The position numbers were made by a program, and so were the translations under genes. Source: Clavelina lepadiformis (Eukaryota). Taken from it: DNA of 64,000 nucleotides. This document shows, piece after piece, positions 25,701 through 37,200 of this stretch (position 1 is its first letter; each line of letters begins with the position of its first letter). The stretch spans positions 13,014,860-13,078,859 of the forward strand of contig NC_135244.1 of assembly GCF_947623445.1 (NCBI RefSeq), in the 5' to 3' direction. The notes beneath the pieces are model-generated. The model searched no databases, was not told the origin of the DNA, and was given only the letters and a program-made list of their open reading frames with translations.

Positions 25701-25994
25701 ACACCCTTTTAATTTTCAGGACAAAATTATAGACGTGCAAATTGGCAGAACATTTCCTCCCACTTCAAATTATCCGTCCTTAATGATTTACAGCAATCTG
25801 CAGTCCCTCTACTTCACTTTCACCACCTTCTCAGCATTACTAAAACTTACAAACTAACTTACAAAATAATTGCTGCTTTTGAAGTGCTGTGTGTTTGCAA
25901 CACAATCTTGTGTAACTTTTAAAATCTTACGACAATTTACTTGGGTCGCAAGTTTTTATAAATCTGAATTTTTTCAAAAAATGGGTCGCCTTAA

Positions 25995-26014
25995 AAACGT
26001 GTTGGGAACCACTG
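25995..26014. repeat. terminus of a CAGTGGTTCCCAAC-family TIR element lying to the left (reads ...TTGGGAACCACTG)
   Basis: rc = CAGTGGTTCCCAAcacg. The subterminal sequence shares GCGACCCAAG and AAATGGGTCGCC blocks with the 45911 copy. Confidence 0.4.
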
Positions 26015-26425
26015 ATCTAGGCTACTACCATAGTCGAGAGTATCATGCTAACCCGCAAATACTAACCTATCACATTATACTACTTACATAGAAAATAAGA
26101 TTTACTAATCTCTTACATGGTTATTGGAATTTAATTTAAAAACCAGTAAACTGCGACCTGTCTACTAAACAGCTACTAGGTAAGAATAAAATGTCATAAA
26201 ATACCAAAAATAGGCCTAATTGCAGTGAAAAAACAGACATCAAAACAAAAGGACCAAAAAGGAGAAAAAAGTTTAGAATCAGTGAAGCGTGACTTTGACC
26301 AAGCACAGAGGCCAAGAAAAAGTATCCAGTATAAAGAGTCATAGAAAACGAAGATGAATATGTGAAGCTCACTGTCGACTGCGTAGGTGGGTCCCCTTGT
26401 AGCATTACAACAAAGGGCGCTAGAT

Positions 26426-26445
26426 CAGTGGTTCCCAAGTTTTTG
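26426..26445. repeat. 5' terminus of a second CAGTGGTTCCCAAG-family element extending rightwards
   Basis: cagtggttcccaag begins right after the flank gcgctagat, facing away from the 26014 terminus. Confidence 0.4.
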
Positions 26446-27180
26446 ATACATTCATCCCTTTACATATTTTTAACTTATCATTTCCCCTAAATAACATAAA
26501 AACACTGATAACTTTACCAATGATGGGTCAGTTTAAGTGAGGTAACCAGCTTGCCTCAAATATATGACATTTTTGACAAGTTGCATATAATTCAAAAATT
26601 TAGATGCCATATATTTTGTATTTCTATGTTAATGACTGCTGTGTAAAGGTTATTGAAGCCTAAAATGCTACTATGTGATGAGCAAGAGAAGAAATATAGT
26701 GTTACATAATTGCTTCTAAAGCTGCATCGATGCTTGAATCAATTAAGCAAGCTTTCACGAACATTGATTTTATTGTGACATCACAATTCATATCAACATG
26801 GACAAAACCAGATGAAAAATATTTCAATTTTTGGTATTTATTCTGGAAATGACAAATGGACTCCAATATTTTGCTCACTAGTCATTGCTCCTAAGTTTAA
26901 TTACGTTTATTATCATGTATCTATTTTTTTAGTTTATCAAATTAAACATATGTGAATGTAAATAACAAAAAGCATTTGCTTTGTCATGTTGGACAACACG
27001 CAAAACTTTTATTCCTTTCTCTTGTCAATCTGTTTGTTTTTATTTATTTATTGGCTGGTACTTACAACATTATTTGTAAGTGGGTTTAAATGTAATACTA
27101 CTCATGTTTTTCCCCAACAAATGGCAAGTATGTATATTTAAATTTTAATATAGATTTATAAGATAAGTATAATCAACTCA

Positions 27181-27336
<156 letters not shown>

Positions 27337-27870
27337 TCAACTATTGGTTGCAAAACTGGTAAACAACACAACTATGTTATCTTCCTCAACTGAAACCTTC
27401 CAAAATAAAACAAGTTTAAATAAAGAAAATAATTTAATAATATTTAATATTACAAATCTAAATATTAGAAAATATTTACATATCAGGATTGGCTTTACAA
27501 AATGTGAATTTCAGTAATAGTAAAGCATTGACTAATTTTAAAATTTTTTAACAAAATGTTTATCATGAACACAGCGATGAATGGAACAGCTAATTGTTAT
27601 ACACACTGAAAACAGGCAAATCGACCTTAATCCAAGTTCGTTGGTAGAGACGTAATAAACTATTTATAGTGGCAGTTTTTAAGTGGTGGGAAATTTCGCA
27701 AGTAGAGGTGGGAAATAAATAACCGAGCAAATCCTTTGTAAACAGAAATCTAAACACAAAAAATATTGTTTTAAATACAAAGTATATATATAGCATAGGC
27801 TACAGCCTATCACTTTATATGCATTTTGCAGTGTACCAATTGCTCAATACACCAACGAGATGCGCACCAA

Positions 27871-28127
27871 CTCACAGCCAATGTTCCCTCTAAGCTGCGC
27901 GCGTGCGCAAATGCGCACTGCTGTCACAGTCTCCGCGCACAAAAAATCTGTGCTGCGCACAAGAAAAAAATCCAACCTGAATTGAAAATAAAATAAACGC
28001 ATAATAATGGCCACAGTGCGCACTGCGCACGTCTGATGTTGCTCACAGTGGACCAGGGGACCGCTCAGGGAGTTAGTGTGTTTGCTCAGACTCGTGAAAA
28101 ATTAGAGGGAACATTACTCACAGCTCA
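27871..28127. mobile_element. MITE-like element with 14-bp perfect inverted repeat AATGTTCCCTCTAA and internal TGCGCAC repeats
   Basis: Left cacagccAATGTTCCCTCTAA (27873-27893), right TTAGAGGGAACATTactcacag (28102-28124). At least 7 copies of GCGCAC/TGCGCAC lie between. Confidence 0.4.
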
Positions 28128-29819
28128 ATTGAACAATCAAGTATATGGATATGGATATAGTAATATGGAACGTAAACGTAACTTTTTTTAAACTTAAAAA
28201 ATACAGCGGCAAACGAGTCGCTGTAACAGCATCAAATTACACTGGCCAACAGCAAATTATAACCAGAGAGGGCTTTACGTGTTCCCGAAAGCATTTCTGT
28301 TGCTTATTTTAAAAATGTCATCAATTTTTTCCGGCACATCAGGTATTTCAAATATTCTTATTCTTCTGTTTTAAAATTGGACCTACAATAACTTGGGCAT
28401 TGCAGATTTTGCTATACATTGTAATTCCGCTTTGATATTTCAGAAGGCATTCGGTCTGTGGCTGAACTGATAAAGAAAGAAATATTTGATAAGAAGCAAG
28501 TATTTGCTAAATAAGTCAATTATTTAGTAGTTAAGGCCATATGTGATATGCTATAGGACTTTAATTTTCGGTAGTTTTAGTTGTTTGTTGCGTTGTTTGA
28601 TTAAAACGCGGAAATAACGATCTATTTTATCAGAGCTATATACGTGCATTAATTTGATTTCTGCATAGTGTATATACATTGGTTTCATCACCATCATACC
28701 AAGAAAGTGCAAAAATACTCCAGACTTGTTTTGTTACATTTTCGTTAGTTTTACAATTACAACTCAATGACGAGGCATCAGTGCAGATCCAAGAAAGCTA
28801 TACAAACCGTACTGCAGTTGTCTGTTGGAAGATGAAGACAAGCAGTGGGCTCCGCATCAAATATGTACTTCTTGTTCAAGCGGCTTTAGTAATTGGCTAC
28901 ACAAACAAACACCAGCAATAATTTTTGCTGTTCCTATGATATGGAGGAAACCTAAAGACCACTTTCAAGATCATTAATTTTGTCTTATAAATGTAAAAGG
29001 TTTTTCCTCAAACATGGAAGCAAAATTATCTCAAATCTAGAATCAGCACAAAGACTTGTTCCACATCACGCATCAAATGCCTGTACCACTTTCCCTTCAA
29101 GATGGACTTGATACTGCTACTGATGAAGTTGATGAGGTTGGTGATGAAGTATTTCTGGTCTGAGCGCTTGAACAAAAAGAAAGCTTGAAACCTATTCTTT
29201 TTACCCATGGATGCTTAAATGATCTTACAACAGGCCAAACCCTGCTCAAGCAAAAGACAAAATTGCTAACATCAAGATTAAAAAGAAAAAAAACTTGTTC
29301 GAGAAAGATGTGGCGGTTAGCCATTACAGAAAGCGCAATATGGGTCTATTAGCGCTCAGCAATACTCACAGTGGATGGACCACTCTGTTACAGCCATAAG
29401 TTCAAAAGTTGGGAAAGAAACACATAGCAAGTGGCGTATTTTTCTGTACTCCTCCAAAAGAAATCTCAAAGGTGTTCTTCTCCGCAATGGTAATAAAAAA
29501 TACTCTTTCAGTTGCACATTCTGTACATTTAAAGGAAACTAATAAAAGTACAGAAATAAATGCCACTCAGTATGGTGATTATAAGAAATATTTGGGAAAA
29601 CTTTTAAGTCATTGGCATTCTAATGAGAATGTAAGGAGAATTCACTAAACACTGCTGCTTTCGGTGTCTGTTGGATAGTCCCGCGACTGCTTAGCATTAT
29701 AATAGAAAAGAATGGATAGCAAGAGTCTCATAAAGCCGAGAAATTTTAGCTACTAAGTTTCTACAGGAATTTTAGCTAACCATGGGTGGAGGAGTTAAAA
29801 GCAGTGGGTTTGTCTAGAA

Positions 29820-30287
29820 CAGGGTGGTCCAAACCCAGGCCCGCGGGCCACATGTGGCCCGCAACATCATTATATGTGGCCCGCAGAACTTCATTTAATT
29901 CAGTGATTAGTAAAACTGATTACTAAACTTTTTCTTTTCAAGTACCAGTACATTAGTAGGCTACTGCTACTCGTCAGTAGGTTGCAGTATCACAGTGAAA
30001 AGTTTTGGGTTTTCGTTGATCAACGTGGAGTGTTGCGTCATAAACGCATGAAACCCGAATAAAGTAATTGTCACACAATCCTCTCTGCGTATTTTGAAAG
30101 TATGTATTAATCTTTAAGTGATCAATAAACAGGAAAGTTGTTTGAATTGTTTGACTATGGTTTAATGGTTTTCGTGTAAAATAAACTTACGTTTTCTTAG
30201 CACTGATGTAGCCTACTATGTGTGGCCCGCGAACAACGCTCAAAATAATATTGTGGCCCCAGATGCTGGCAGACTTGGACCATCCTG
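29820..30287. mobile_element. hAT-type MITE (family A) with perfect 8-bp TSD GTCTAGAA
   Basis: TIR CAGGGTGGTCC... at 29820 and ...GGACCATCCTG at 30277-30287. TSD GTCTAGAA at 29812-29819 and 30288-30295. Internal motifs GGCCCGCGGGCC and TGGCCCGCAAC. Confidence 0.8.
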
Positions 30288-30717
30288 GTCTAGAACAACG
30301 ATTTGCAACCTGCCTTAGTGCATACTGCAAGTGTAATACCACTGATAAAGTAAGAGCAATGTTGGAAATTGAGAAGATATATCTGCAACATTTCTGGTTA
30401 ATTTGTCATTTCTCTGGTTCAAAACACTTGCACAATATACAAAATATATCCGGAAGCTATTTAAGGAAGATTTTCAAAACATTCTGATCATATTAATTTG
30501 AAACAAAGTTTGTTTAAATCAAAAATAACAATAAATGCATAAAATATTAAAATGCAAATATCTTGAATTTGAATTGAAAACACAATGAGTTGAGGATTTT
30601 CACATTTAAAGGTAAAGATTAACTACATTATAACCTGGAGGTTTTAAATGTTTCCTATAGAAGTGTTCTATGGAAAAGTATAGTACACAATATGTGTATA
30701 GTCTATATAGTGTATAG

Positions 30718-31209
30718 CAGGGGTGGCCAGACCTGCTTCATGCTCGAGCCGCATATAACAAATTCCAGTTTTAAAAGAGCCACAACAGAAAACAATAAAA
30801 AACACGAATTTATTCACTTACAACGAAGTGTAGCTATTGATAAACATTAGTGCTGCGTGGTGATACTATGAGTCTCCACCTGGGCTTCACCAACTCTTTT
30901 TGCAATTATTGGTATAACCGTAACCAAGACTTAAAACTAGGTCAGCCCTGACGTACAGCTTCAATTTGACAGTTTACTTAACTACAGTGTACAAGTTAGC
31001 ACACTTCTGTACAATAATGTACTTTTTGGAGTGTAATTTGATTATTACTAACAATGAGTCCATTGTTACTACGTGTGATAGGACGCATTGTTTCATAATC
31101 TGATCAAACAACTCGTCTAGACCGGGAAAATGCATGTCTAATTCAACAATGCTAATTCATTAAAGAGCCGCAATCAAAGGCTCAAAGAGCCGCAGTTTGG
31201 CCACCCCTG
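30718..31209. mobile_element. hAT-type MITE (family A) with perfect 8-bp TSD GTGTATAG
   Basis: TIR CAGGGGTGGCCAGACC... at 30718 and ...GGTTTGGCCACCCCTG ending 31209. TSD GTGTATAG at 30710-30717 and 31210-31217. Confidence 0.8.
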
Positions 31210-33494
31210 GTGTATAGTATAAAAGTCTGTTTCCCTTTAGAAGGGTGTTTATGTGCTATTGAAAAAGTTTGCATTTAGAGCAATAAACACGTAGATCATA
31301 ATTGAAAAGGCAATCAAGAAAGACTTTAACACTTCTTAACGATTTATTTTCAGAAACAAAGTTGTATTGTAGACGTTATACAAAACGTGAAAGCTAGCTT
31401 TCATAAATTTGTTTAATCATAGTGTTGACATCAACAAAAACAATTGAACTATCTAGATTGCAGAAAAAGAACCTTAGTAATATTTTAATCTCTTAGTATA
31501 CCTGAAGAAGCAAGCTTATGCTTGCGAAAGATCATGTATAAGAATCAAAATTAAACATAACCAGCAGAGTGCCAACTTATATCTTGTTTTTATTTTACTA
31601 GAAAGAAATCTAAAAGATTATAGCAAATAAACCGAAATCTCTGTGGTCAATAGTTGTAATCAGAATAATACCAGTTCCAAAAATAAGTACCGAATAGTTT
31701 TGGATTCAGTTCTTAAAGATCGTTTATATCTTAAAATGCATATCGCCATAGGCACCTAACTTTCTACAATCCAGGAGAGGTCTTTATATAAATTGAGGAT
31801 TCCTCTAATTTAAGAAACATTTGTACTACTTAATTTTGAAATGTAGGATATATATGTCATATGATTTTATTGCAAATATAAAATTAACATGAAAACGGTA
31901 GTAAGAGACAATAAAATGGAATCAAAATTTATAACAAGTCACCTGATCTGACTTGACCGCAAATTTTCAAGAGTCGCATTTACAGTTTGCATTATGAAAT
32001 AAAAGGTAATGGTTGGTTAGTTTTCAAACTTCATTTGTTACCATTGCGTAACAATAATGAGTACAGTTTCATTGTTACCGCTATTGTCATGCAATAAATT
32101 CATTGCATGAGTTTTAATAACACTGCTTGAAAGACAACAAGACAAACGAACGAAAAGATAAACACGAAACCTGGGGTTTCTACTGTGAAATCTTTTTGAT
32201 CATGAGTTATGGCATAGAAAACACAATATACACAATAAACCAAAAATGGTCAGCTTCACCTATTTCCTTTTTTCATATGCTTATGCCATTAGTTTACAAG
32301 GCAGGAAAAGGACACTCCCAAAGGCCATAATAATATAGTACAGGTTGGGGTACAAGAGAAAAATGTTAAAAATGAATAAAATTCAAAACTTTCTGAAAAT
32401 TGCTAGTTGCAAAGTTGAAAACAGCAAAGTACAGTATTGTACAGTCAGATCTCGTTAATTCGAACCACTCTCTGTCGTCAAAAAATCTCGGTTTAGACAG
32501 GCATCTCGATAATCGAAATCTCGATAATCAAAAATGGGGCAAACTTTTTCATGGTGAATGTCAGACCCTACTGCTGTACTGTGACTGTAGGCCTAATGAT
32601 TTGACATTCGAGCCTATTAGAGAAGTTCTAGGAGTGAGACTGCTACTTTCATTGCGTATAGACAATTGGCTATTGTTTTCGTCATTTACAACAAACGCAC
32701 AAAAACTTGCAGTCACAATCAATCTTTTTCGCTCCACTTCATCATTCGGTTTGTCAGATTTTTTTCTATTAAATTAGTATATCTGTTGTGTCGGTGTCGG
32801 CCAGCAGGGTTTCTGAATTAAAGGGATAAAATGCATGGGAAGAAATCCTTTCCCTGCAGTTTTGTGTCGAATTGCGGGATTCCGGTACTTTGGATTAATG
32901 AGGTCTGAGTGTAACAAGTCAGACATAAAAGCATAGACTATAAACTAAGACAACGTTCACCTTATGTAACTTATTTTTCTTGGGCCATGAGTCACAGTGT
33001 ACACCGGCTGCTTCCTTACACACCGAAATGCTTAACTGCACTCCAAGATCTCAGCGAAAATTGCCCTACTCTGCAGTCCAGCCAATGCTAGTCACCATTA
33101 GTGCAGTAGCCAGACTGCAGATTATGGAAGGAGCACACCCGAGAATGTAGATTTAGGTTAGGCTTAGGTTACTGTGTTATAAGATTCAAGTTAGGTTAAG
33201 ACTGCAAAAACTAGCTTGAACGCACGATTTTTTCTGGCGAAATTAGTGGCAACCTTAACGATTTGCAGATAGCATTATCCTACTGGCAGGGGCCAATAAA
33301 AAACTAAAATTACCTTGTTTCTATTACGTAAACCTAACAAGGAAAAAGTACCATAATTCTAAAATTTGGCTACCAAAGACGCCAAGCTACCTAATTCAAA
33401 CTTATGGCAATTCTGGACCTTGGTTTAAATTGTTTTCAAGGAAACCGCAACGGTTGCTATATGCAGTAAGTCATAGACATCTAAGAATAGAATT

Positions 33495-34215
33495 TTGGTA
33501 GAACCCTAGCAAGATCATTGAACCCAACACAACAAAAGGACAACGCGATGCGTCAGAGATGCACGTAAACGCATAGCAAAGCAACATGCGTGATTTAAGC
33601 ATCCATACCAGAGGTGGTGAAGCATGAACTACAACGAAATAATGTAAAATAGTGAGTAAATTTCTGTTAATATTAGCAAATAAAAAAGTGGGAACACGGA
33701 GTTAAATTTTTCAGCAGAATTGATTGAAATTTTGGGTCGAATCACTGCATTTTTATCGCATCGTGCTTGGATCATCATTTTGAGATACAACTTAATTAGT
33801 CCAAATTACTACTAATTCTGGCCAATTGGAGAGAGAAAATTGGATACCATCGTAAATGTGAGTAAATTTCTGTTACTATTAGCAAATAAAAAAGTGGGAA
33901 CACCAAGTTAGATTTCTCAGCAGAATCGATGAAATTTTAATCAAATCCCTGCATTTCCTGTCACGCTGAGGGTGGATGGAGTGTTGTTCGCGTACCTGAT
34001 TGGTTCATCATATCATAGTTGATCATTTTTTATATTGTTTACCGATTTTATGCCTTATATTTTACATTACTTCGCTGTTGTTCATGCTTCACCACTTCTG
34101 ATATGGATGATTAAGTCAAGCATGCTGCTTTGCTACTCGTTAGTGCACGGCCGTGCCGCGTCGCCTTGCTCTTTTGTTGCTTTGGGTTTACTATGATCTT
34201 GCTAGGATTCTGCCA
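33495..34215. mobile_element. foldback-type element: ~150-bp inverted terminal repeats enclosing two ~110-bp direct repeats
   Basis: 33507-33650 is the reverse complement of 34058-34200 (e.g. CAGAGGTGGTGAAGCATGAAC..AATGTAAAATA; GCATAGCAAAGCAACATGCG vs CGAGTAGCAAAGCAGCATG). Internal direct repeats at 33651-33760 and 33860-33960 (GTGAGTAAATTTCTGTTAnTATTAGCAAATAAAAAAGTGGGAACAC...). Confidence 0.65.
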
Positions 34216-37200
34216 GAATGACGGTGGTTATATGGGGACAAAATTCGTGGACAAATTAATAGTAGCCTAAGGTGGGTTCCAACCAACTTCCCCTTACGAG
34301 CGTTTGATGAAGCGTTGTAGTGCGACGGAATCCTGTGTGACGTAACCGTCACAGTGACTGCTTTAATTACATTACGATGCCCGTATTTGGTTGCAAATCT
34401 TAGTAATTGCATAATATTTACCTTCGAGCAAGTCATATTTCAAACTGATTTTACAACGTATTTTTGCTATAAAGGCTATGTCTTCGAGGTATGTAAAAGG
34501 AACATATTTCTGTCTCACGAACACACCTAATTTTTTTCAACAGTTAACTCAGAAGAAGCTGGCCAAAATACGACCAGAAATCATTACCAAGGTCCACCTT
34601 GGCCAAACGTAGGCCGTAGACATGAATGCTTGTTGCATTAATAAATATCATTCAGACATACTTTTTGTTTGTTTAGAATTGAAAATAACTTATATTTAAA
34701 CAACGTGACTGTTTCACCGTATGTATAGGACCCGTATGGCCATTCTAGAGTCTATGGTTTATGGGATTTGGTGGTGGTGTAATGGTCTAGGGATGGCCTA
34801 AGCCAAACCCAGTCTTTCACCCAGATAGCACGTCGCTCGAGGGCCGACGTCGAGCCGCTAGCTTGCTTTTGGCGGCCCACAAACGATAATCGCTGAAGGG
34901 CCAACTTCGTTTTGTCCAGCGGGCCTAGGTCGGGTAGGGAGCAACAAAATCTTTGTCGGACCTCGGTCGGCGAGTTAGCTACGATCTCCTACGAGCCGAC
35001 TTTGGGCCTACCAACAATCACTAACACACAGGGTTTTTATGCAGTTCAGCAAAAAGTTTATTTTTTCAAATTTGAAAGTTCTACCAGCAAACACAATATT
35101 TTATTATAATCACTATCATCATCCGCTATCATCACTTGTAGAAGATGAGTCGAAATTCATGAAATACAATTGTCTGTGCGTGGCTTCATCTTTCCGCTCT
35201 TTATCTAAAACATTTTTGTAATGAACTATATTGCATAATGTTTCTTTACTATCTACAAAATTAAAAATGCAAAGTAAAACGTTCTGCAATACATGATATG
35301 AACATCACACACGCATGCCACACAGCTTACCCATTTTGTTCTTCATTCTTTTTAGCCGTCCCCCTTCCCTATCACTAGCATTTTTTAACCATTTCTTGAT
35401 CTCGCAGATACTCTCTGCTTCCTTAATACCCGATTTCTTGGCAGCATCTAAAGTATAATGACATAAAAACAAAATACTGGAGTAAACATCATCGACAGAT
35501 AGGCCTAATAGTAAATAAAGCAAATGACGCAGCAGTAGGCCTAGTCGAAAAACACACGTACTAAGCTACGTGACTAAGGCCATTAGCCTATACCAAACTC
35601 TTTACGTAGCCTAGCGTGCAGACAGACGCACATTAACCAATCAACGAGTCTCGTGCATGTGTATGTTTTATGATAAGATCTAATCCAACTACAATTGGTA
35701 CATATAACATTTGGATTTGTATCAAATCTCTAACCACTTATCAGCAGCAATACTATATAATAAACCGAACTATGGTTTAAAATCCACCAGAAAACAATTT
35801 TTGCCTGCCTTCATATCTTTTAAATGTTACATCCTCAATCCAAACTATTGTATCGTACTATATCCTATCTCATTGTTCAAACTAGACGGCGACAATCAAA
35901 CTTGCTGACGACCATAGCCTCAAAGCAGAAAAAAACATTAAAATGATATCGATTTGATAACTTAGAAATAAATGTTTATTTAATTGTTAAACAAAAACTC
36001 AGAATAAACAAAGAAGTATAATACGTATTATATTCAAAATATCTGAATAAAAAAAGCCAGGGGTGTTATTACTATAGGAATTACTATAATTATTATAATT
36101 GTTAGTTTGTTACCAACATTTAGTGATAAAACCTTTCCGACTGTTACGAACCTCATTAAATAATAACATTTATATTTTAAAAATATTAAATAAAACTAAG
36201 TTATGTATGTTTAATCATTATTTTGTTCTAAACGGTTTTATGGCATCATCTAACATCACTAATGGACCTCCGTCGGCCCGACAAAGATCTTTTGGACAGC
36301 GTAAAAACACCGTGTCTAGCTTGCTACCCATTAGCGGCAGAGGAGCTACAATCGCTATAGCGAGAATAGCTCGTTGTAGTTGTCGGACCGACAACTACGT
36401 GCTATCTGGGGCAGTTTTATTGTCTGACTCCTATGATTGTCTTTGACTCCGTTGCGTTTACTGTCTCTATTCTGCTTCTTAAATCAACACCAACTTCGTA
36501 AGTTCAAATTGATATATTGTCCGAATAACTTGTCCGAATTAGAATATTTACACCATGATTCCAATTCCCAATATCTTAGCAATTACTTCAATTTACAGGA
36601 ATAACTCAGAAAGAAAGAATTTCTCCGAGTCTGAGAAGAGAGAAGCGAAGAGAGCGATTTAATTCCAACATTTGTTTTTATACTAAAGTATTGACCAATC
36701 AGCGCTTCCAAATTAACTTCGCTATCATACGTGTACATGTCCATGTTATTCTAAGCTTTTTATCACAAGGAATTCAATCGATTTAGACCAGTACAGAAAA
36801 CCACTTGACACACTTAACTACACCACAGGTCAATTGGAACTGCTTTTATGACTACCATTTGCTAGAACAATACCTTTTGCTACGTACAACTATTATACGA
36901 TCAATACAACGCTACTTGAAACACTTCAATCTACGTCAGCCCGCTACAAGCTTTGCACATTATTATCTGCCTGGAGAGAAATCAAAACTTATGCATGCCA
37001 ATATATATAACTAATTGCAATTTCTACATGATCCCCACAGGTTTATGAGATTCCTAACTCTTTTTAAGTATCATAATAACCCCCTTCAACAAAGTTACGT
37101 GACCTAATTTGTGAACTCACTTAACTTTATAAAGCCATGTGACCTTAAAACTATAAACTGTTGTGGAACCCCGGACCCAATGAACTCATTTGACCTTATA

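Noticed and set aside
26136-26438. 100-aa hydrophobic minus-strand ORF
   Set aside because: It overlaps a transposon terminus, has biased composition (L/F/S) and no homology, so it is a chance ORF.
30218-30487. 89-aa ORF MCGPRTTLKIILWPQMLADLDHPGLEQ...
   Set aside because: It starts inside the TIR of the MITE at 29820-30287 and runs into AT-rich flank. There is no homology.
34191-34436. 81-aa minus-strand ORF
   Set aside because: It lies within the right arm of the foldback element. The sequence is low-complexity and the ORF is tool-derived and may begin at a non-ATG codon (the track counts TTG/GTG as M).
34760-34840. tRNA gene
   Set aside because: Box A/B-like strings are present but I could not build a 7-bp acceptor stem or anticodon arm by eye. 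I kept it only as a possible SINE-like remnant in the findings.
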